Positions 58,431 through 64,000 of a stretch of DNA of 64,000 bases are shown piece by piece. The notes under the pieces are model-generated. The model was not told where the DNA came from. It saw nothing but the letters and a program-made list of their open reading frames with translations, and made no database searches. Source of the DNA: a virus (taxonomy: Duplodnaviria > Caudoviricetes). Made by a program: the position numbers and the translations under genes. The stretch's first letter is position 1, and each line of letters begins with the position of its first letter. Location: the IMG/VR virus record IMGVR_UViG_3300021387_000661, positions 1 to 64,000 of that record; one strand, written 5' to 3'.

Positions 58431-58549
58431 TTTAGTTTAGATTTCATTATATATATTAAAAATAACAAAATATTTATAAACTGTTTTTGTTATATTTAGT
58501 CTCGAATGAAGGTTACCTTCTAAAGTAATCATTAAAATTTAGTTTAACA

Positions 58550-61480
58550 ATGTTATTGGACATATTACAAGACAAATCAAACCTCCAGGTGTCTTACTGG
58601 GGTCCTGATGGAAAGACCCACATTGAGGTCATTAAAATCCCGGATGAAGAACAGTATATCTGGGTTACCAATCAAAAAGACAAAACAGATCTAAAATTCA
58701 AGGGTATCCACAACTGGAATGGAAAAACAGTTTACAAACACAGGGTGGATCCACAAAGAGAAAAACTCAACAGGTACAGGCAGTATGAAATCCTGGATTC
58801 TCAACCTGATGAATTGAAGGAGAAGATATTTTCTTATAATCTTCCGGAACTTTTCTTTATAGATATTGAGAATATACAACAGGAAGGAAAACCCAATCCT
58901 GAAAAACCAGATAAACCAATCACAGTCATAGGTGTATGTTGTCCTAATGATACAGTGATGGTTCTTTCTGGTGGATATAATCTTACAGAAAAGGAACAGG
59001 AAAGCATTCAGAAAAGAATTGATGAACACTTCAAGCAAGTGAACAGACACTTCAAGTTTGTGTTCAGGTATTTTAAAACAGAATATGACCTTCTTTATTT
59101 CTTCTTCTCAATGTTCATCCCAAAGATGGCGATGATGACAGGATGGAACTTTGAGGATTATGACTGGAGGTATATGTACAACAGGGCAAAACTCCTTGGT
59201 ATTGACCCCTCCCTTGCATCACCTTCAAGGATACTGACAGGACAGGTTGACAGACCTGCACATGTGGGTCTCATTGACTACCTGAAGGCATATAAGAAAT
59301 GGACCTGGAACTCCAATGAGAATTACAGATTGGATACTATTGGTGAGAAGTTGTGTAAAATCAAGAAGGTACAACACTCTGAATCTCTTGATGATATGCT
59401 CAATAATAATTTTGAGAAGTATGTGTATTACAATGCAATTGACTGTTGTCTTGTTAAGTTAATTCATGAAGCATGTAATGCACTTACTTGTGGATTGACT
59501 ACTGCCTGGCTGGGTAGAATTAAGGCAATGGATTGTTTCTCTACTACCTATATTCCTGAAAACCTATTGAGGGCATCATTCTCTGGTGAACACAAGGTAC
59601 TAGGCATTGACCCATTTGCAAAGAAGAAAGAAGGTGAAAAGTATGAAGGCGCATTCGTGAAGCAACCAATTCCCGGACTTCACAAGTACTGTACCTGTAA
59701 TGACTATGCATCACTGTATCCTTCATTGATGAGACAGTTCAATATCGGTCCTGAAACACTGGTGACACTTCTTCCTGAAGCAGATGAAGTACTCAAACAG
59801 CAATGGAGGGACAAGGGTTATATAGTATGTGCATCCGGTGCAGTCTTCCAGAAGGAGGATGGTCATCTGAAGAAGATTATCACTGACCTGTATTTCAAGA
59901 GAAAGGCATATAAGAAGACATCATTCAAGTTCACACAGATTTATTATGACCTGAAAGACCTCAAGCATGCCAATGCATCTTCGGAAGAGATTGAGGATTA
60001 CCTGAACAAGAATGACTTTGCCGGCAGGAAGGCAAGTGAGGTGGATGAGATTATGTCCTACTGTCAGGTACAGGCAGACATCTACAACAACTTCCAGCTT
60101 GGTACAAAGGTGGTTATCAATGGTATCTATGGTGCATTTGGATTCTCTGGATTCTACTTCTACAATCCTACCATTGCAGAGGCAGTCACCAAACAGGGTA
60201 AGAATGCCATCCTTAATGCAGAGAGGCTTATCAACCTCTGGGCAAACAAGGTATGGCAGAAGGATACCAAGACTCATCAGTTGATGGGTATAAAGATTAC
60301 TAAACCAAATGAAAATATTGGACCAGTCAGTGTATATATTGATACGGATTCTATATATTCATCTTATTATCAAATAGTTAGAGTCACAGACTGGTTTGAT
60401 CATGATGTGTGGAGACTGACAAAGATCAACAAGCAGAATGACCAGAAGGATTTCACCTATGTATCTAAAGGTGGTTATCCTACTGAAGAAGATGCAAGGA
60501 AGTACTTTGATGTTGATTCCATTGATACCACAAAATATGAATGGAGTATTGATACTATTGAACCTGAAGGTAGGGAGTTTTGTCTCACCATCAACAGGGT
60601 GTTTATGTCCAACTACCTGAAGAAGATACATGAGGAATATGCCAAGAAGAATGGCACTCCAAATATTCTTGACTTTGAACTTGAGGCATACAATGAAGCA
60701 GGTATCTGGTTGGCAAAGAAGAAGTACATCAAGAATATGACCTGGGCAGAACCTAATGTCTATTATGACTCCTGTACCAAAATCAAGGCTACTGGTGTTG
60801 AGATTGCTCAGACCAGTTCATCACAGTGGGTGAAGAACCAACTGACAGACCTGGTGAAGTGGATTTTCCAGCAGGAGGAATTTGTACTTGACAGTTTTGT
60901 GAAGAAATTGGCAGGTGTGAAGAAACAGTTTATGCTTCAATCACCTGAAACCATCAGTGTTAACAAGGGTATGAACAAATACAGTGAATATGTGTTGAGT
61001 GATACAAGTGATATTGAGATGAATCCAAAGGCAATGATAACCGTTCAGGGCGCAGCACTCTATAATTATATATTGAATAACAATGTGAAGTTCAAGAAGA
61101 GATATTCAACACTCTTTGATGCCGACAAACTCTGTGTACTTTATATTAAACCAACTGAAAGATATAAGTACTGGAAGAAGGAAATGCAGATACCTGTGAG
61201 TGAATATGTCAAGAATCCAGATATGTATAAACTTATTAGTGATGCAAAAGAAACAAGAAAAGGTAATATTGATGTTTACACAGATATTATGAGTCTTCAG
61301 AAGTGTGAAGCATTCAGTTATCCAGCAGGAATGTTCCCTATGGATATGGCAGCCAACCTGGAGATTGACAAGAACAAGATGTTTGACCTTCTGGTATTGA
61401 GTCCTGTCAATAGGATTGTTGAAGCAATGGGTTATCCTGCTATTGATATTTCTATGACAACAGAGGCTGGATTGTGGTAA
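58550..61480 (+). CDS. family B DNA polymerase (T4 gp43-like)
   Basis: ExoI DIEN, ExoII GWNFEDYD, ExoIII YNAID, motif A DYASLYPS, motif B KVVINGIYG, motif C YIDTDS, KKKY. Confidence 0.95.
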   Translation: MLLDILQDKSNLQVSYWGPDGKTHIEVIKIPDEEQYIWVTNQKDKTDLKFKGIHNWNGKTVYKHRVDPQREKLNRYRQYEILDSQPDELKEKIFSYNLPELFFIDIENIQQEGKPNPEKPDKPITVIGVCCPNDTVMVLSGGYNLTEKEQESIQKRIDEHFKQVNRHFKFVFRYFKTEYDLLYFFFSMFIPKMAMMTGWNFEDYDWRYMYNRAKLLGIDPSLASPSRILTGQVDRPAHVGLIDYLKAYKKWTWNSNENYRLDTIGEKLCKIKKVQHSESLDDMLNNNFEKYVYYNAIDCCLVKLIHEACNALTCGLTTAWLGRIKAMDCFSTTYIPENLLRASFSGEHKVLGIDPFAKKKEGEKYEGAFVKQPIPGLHKYCTCNDYASLYPSLMRQFNIGPETLVTLLPEADEVLKQQWRDKGYIVCASGAVFQKEDGHLKKIITDLYFKRKAYKKTSFKFTQIYYDLKDLKHANASSEEIEDYLNKNDFAGRKASEVDEIMSYCQVQADIYNNFQLGTKVVINGIYGAFGFSGFYFYNPTIAEAVTKQGKNAILNAERLINLWANKVWQKDTKTHQLMGIKITKPNENIGPVSVYIDTDSIYSSYYQIVRVTDWFDHDVWRLTKINKQNDQKDFTYVSKGGYPTEEDARKYFDVDSIDTTKYEWSIDTIEPEGREFCLTINRVFMSNYLKKIHEEYAKKNGTPNILDFELEAYNEAGIWLAKKKYIKNMTWAEPNVYYDSCTKIKATGVEIAQTSSSQWVKNQLTDLVKWIFQQEEFVLDSFVKKLAGVKKQFMLQSPETISVNKGMNKYSEYVLSDTSDIEMNPKAMITVQGAALYNYILNNNVKFKKRYSTLFDADKLCVLYIKPTERYKYWKKEMQIPVSEYVKNPDMYKLISDAKETRKGNIDVYTDIMSLQKCEAFSYPAGMFPMDMAANLEIDKNKMFDLLVLSPVNRIVEAMGYPAIDISMTTEAGLW

Positions 61481-61481
61481 C

Positions 61482-61513
61482 AAAAAAATGGAAGTCATCA
61501 GACTTCCATTTTT
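61482..61513. terminator. bidirectional terminator after the polymerase gene
   Basis: AAAAAATGGAAGTC/GACTTCCATTTTTT. Confidence 0.85.
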
Positions 61514-61873
61514 CTATTTAACACTATGAAAATGCCATTCATCCCTGTTTAAATCCTTTTCACGGACATCTTTACCAGTAATACCATCAATTACACCATG
61601 TAAAACTTTTCCTGGTTCCATACTTCTGATTTCTACACTGTCATCAGGCATTACATATATACATGCTGCATATTCAATGTCATAAGGAGGCATATTTCTA
61701 ATGGCATCTTCATCAAAATCAATTTCAAAAAATTTAACATCAAGTGATACTTTCTTTGTTACATCTTCTGCTACAAAATTGATTTCTTTACCAAAATGTT
61801 CAGATGGATCTATAAAATCATTGAAGTTTTCATTGATTTTTTCATTTGTAAATTCACTAAATTTCTTAATCAT
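61514..61873 (-). CDS. small protein with capsid-targeting-like N-terminus
   Basis: MIKKFSEFTNEKINE; CATAAATA at 61897. Confidence 0.7.
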   Translation of the reverse strand: MIKKFSEFTNEKINENFNDFIDPSEHFGKEINFVAEDVTKKVSLDVKFFEIDFDEDAIRNMPPYDIEYAACIYVMPDDSVEIRSMEPGKVLHGVIDGITGKDVREKDLNRDEWHFHSVK

Positions 61874-61929
61874 AGTCTTTTTTAAATGATATATGTTATT
61901 TATGTAAGTTGTTTTGTTATATTTGAGTT

Positions 61930-62694
61930 ATGATAGACATTAAAGAATTCAACATACCAAGAAATATCTTGGAAATTCTCTTGAAAGACAGAACTACTGG
62001 TCAGAACATCCTTTGGGGAACTGACCAGTATGGTTTTGATCCAAAGTCTCATATTGATATTCACCAGATTATTTCAGGTGATGTGATTAAACCAAGGGTA
62101 CTGAAATCATTGGAAGACCAGAAATCCAGGACTGATTCCAAGGCAGAGGTTTATACTCCTATTGAAATCATCAAGAAGATGAATGATGCAGTGGATACTG
62201 AAGAACCACTTAATGAAACATACATCAGGAGGAAGGTTCTTGAAGTCACCTGTGGAGAAGCACCTTATCTTGTATCCAGGTATGATGTATCAACAGGGAA
62301 GATGATTCCATTGTCAGAAAGGCAGGGACTTCTGGACAGGAAAATGAGGAGAATAAACAGTATCCCAACCACAACAGATATTGAGACTTGGAGGGTGTGT
62401 ACCATTTATGCACTACAGGCAGTCTATGGTTATGAGTGGCAGGGTGATTCACTTCTTCTTGCCAGGGAGAATGTCTTATATGATGTGATTGACTGGTTTG
62501 AAGACAGATTCAAGAGTGCAATACCAACCCAGATGATGGAAGAGTTTGCAAATATCATTTCATATAATCTCTTTCAGATGGATGGTGTGACAATGTGCAT
62601 ACCTTATTCTGATACACCAGCAAAGGTGATGGATTGGATATTGGATGAGATGGAAAGATTTGATGGACAACCTGAAGAATTGTCTTTATTTTAG
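61930..62694 (+). CDS. restriction-modification subunit-M-like protein (SAM-binding half only)
   Basis: KAEVYTP (motif X), LEVTCGEAPYL (motif I), YGYE (motif II), NLFQMDG; no NPPY/DPPY. Confidence 0.7.
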   Translation: MIDIKEFNIPRNILEILLKDRTTGQNILWGTDQYGFDPKSHIDIHQIISGDVIKPRVLKSLEDQKSRTDSKAEVYTPIEIIKKMNDAVDTEEPLNETYIRRKVLEVTCGEAPYLVSRYDVSTGKMIPLSERQGLLDRKMRRINSIPTTTDIETWRVCTIYALQAVYGYEWQGDSLLLARENVLYDVIDWFEDRFKSAIPTQMMEEFANIISYNLFQMDGVTMCIPYSDTPAKVMDWILDEMERFDGQPEELSLF

Positions 62695-62743
62695 TATTTT
62701 TTGTTATATTTAATTCAGAAAACATTTTTAAGTTTAATATAGT

Positions 62744-63601
62744 ATGAAGAAAATCATTTTAAAGAATTGTGATACTCATGAGGTGATATCACTTTTTAAG
62801 AAATCTAGTTCACTGGATAACTTCATTTTTATCAATGTGAGAGGTAATCAGTTTGAATCAACTGCTTACAACAAGAACAAGTCTGCATTGAAGTCTATTA
62901 CTGCTGACCTTACAAATTATTGTGGTGAGTTTGTGAATGAACTTGGTGATGATCTTGTAAAGATTCAGTTCACCAATGCAAGTAAGTTGATTTCTGTACT
63001 TGGCCTTGTAGGTACAGAAGGTGTAGATGTTACTTTCTATATTGAAGATAACAACTATGCAAAGAAGGTTGTTGTTGAGAACACTGAAGTAAACCTCACT
63101 GTTCCAGCTGCTGATAAAGAAGCACTCTCATTCCTTGAGATTCCTGATCATGCCCGTCATACCATCTTTGAGGACACCTCAACCCTTGAATATAAGGTTG
63201 GTATTAGTGAGAATGAGTTTAAGTATCTCTCACAGTTGTTCCAGTTGAATAAGGAATCTTGTCGTGTCTGTTTCTCTATCAGTGACAATGTGGTTACTGT
63301 GTCAGAGATTGAGAGTACCGATGAGAATGTCCGTGATGCTGTCAATGTGCTTCTTGATGATTATAATATTAAGGAGTTTGATGCATTTGAAAAACTCTAT
63401 TCAAAGAAACTTAATTATGATAACTTTGATGCCAAGACAGATGAGGGTTATCTTCACTGCTTCAACAAGTCATACTTTGTATGGATTGATGCAGATGAAC
63501 ATTATGACATTGAGTTCCACAGTAACAAGATAAAGTTCATTTCTATTGATGAAAAGGGAACGAAGACTTATGTTGTCCTTACTCCTGTTCGTTTTGCTTA
63601 A
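62744..63601 (+). CDS. putative sliding clamp (gp45-like)
   Basis: two-domain alpha/beta pattern, 285 aa, promoter motif A, near the polymerase gene. Confidence 0.35.
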   Translation: MKKIILKNCDTHEVISLFKKSSSLDNFIFINVRGNQFESTAYNKNKSALKSITADLTNYCGEFVNELGDDLVKIQFTNASKLISVLGLVGTEGVDVTFYIEDNNYAKKVVVENTEVNLTVPAADKEALSFLEIPDHARHTIFEDTSTLEYKVGISENEFKYLSQLFQLNKESCRVCFSISDNVVTVSEIESTDENVRDAVNVLLDDYNIKEFDAFEKLYSKKLNYDNFDAKTDEGYLHCFNKSYFVWIDADEHYDIEFHSNKIKFISIDEKGTKTYVVLTPVRFA

Positions 63602-63620
63602 ACATAATAGTATTAAAAAT

Positions 63621-63650
63621 AAAAGAGAGGTTTTTATGACCTCTCTTTTT
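63621..63650. terminator. bidirectional terminator
   Basis: AAAAGAGAGGT/ACCTCTCTTTT. Confidence 0.8.
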
Positions 63651-64000
63651 TATTTCCTGTCTTTTACCAATCTCACACAGAGTTTACCATTAGTTGTATC
63701 TTGTGTTACACTATCATTTACATTATGATGATCATTCAATGGTGTGTGACAAGGTTTACCATCATTGAAAGTAAATATATTTGCAAATCTATTATTATTT
63801 GTATAAAGAGATGATGTCCAACAATAATAATAATCTTTATCTATGGGTTTATCACCAGCAGATGTATATATTAAACCTTTCTTGAAGAATACTAATTGAT
63901 GTGGAAATCCATCAAATACAAATCTATCATCATTTTCCCAGAATGAACCTTTTTTATAAATATCATCAAGTTCTGCAACTTCTTCAAGTGTTGGGAGTCT
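63650..64000 (-). CDS. C-terminal part of a C-type-lectin-fold (DUF1566/Fib_succ_major-like) protein, truncated by the window edge
   Basis: open frame RLPTLEE...YCWTSS...LCVRLVKDRK-stop; absent from the ORF track. Confidence 0.7.
   Translation of the reverse strand, partial: RLPTLEEVAELDDIYKKGSFWENDDRFVFDGFPHQLVFFKKGLIYTSAGDKPIDKDYYYCWTSSLYTNNNRFANIFTFNDGKPCHTPLNDHHNVNDSVTQDTTNGKLCVRLVKDRK

Noticed and set aside
1-64000. Stop-codon reassignment (TAG to Gln, as in Lak-type phages)
   Set aside because: Long genes (1576, 976, 894 aa) are uninterrupted in code 11, and TAG/TGA end genes at sensible places next to terminators or downstream starts.
1-64000. tRNA or rRNA genes
   Set aside because: Intergenic gaps are short and occupied by terminators and promoters; I saw no cloverleaf or rRNA-like sequence.

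Overview
An AT-rich, strongly CpG-depleted, densely coding segment of a large T4-like (myovirus/jumbo) phage genome that reads in the standard genetic code. The host is probably a Bacteroidota species, inferred from the TAnnTTT-type promoter motif, SD-less AT-rich leaders and a DUF4494-like gene. The window holds nucleotide metabolism genes (guanylate kinase, class III RNR nrdD/nrdG), replication genes (family B polymerase, gp32-like SSB, 5'-3' exonuclease, possible clamp), two sigma-like factors, DnaK, a ribosomal protein S1-like protein, two methyltransferase-related genes and neck/tail/baseplate genes. The most unusual items are: (1) a free-standing intein gene whose only exteins are MKKLNP and CGE, a remnant of the RNR NPCGE active site; (2) an nrdD that is both split by an in-frame stop/restart and interrupted by a group I intron at the catalytic MG/CR codon; (3) a family of late-expressed proteins with a T4 capsid-targeting-like N-terminal peptide, including a MATCAP/DUF1704-like peptidase; (4) two promoter motifs with about 15 copies each, often fused to the U-tract of the upstream terminator; and (5) several enzymes with apparently lost catalytic residues. 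All family assignments come from recognising motifs by eye, not from database searches.
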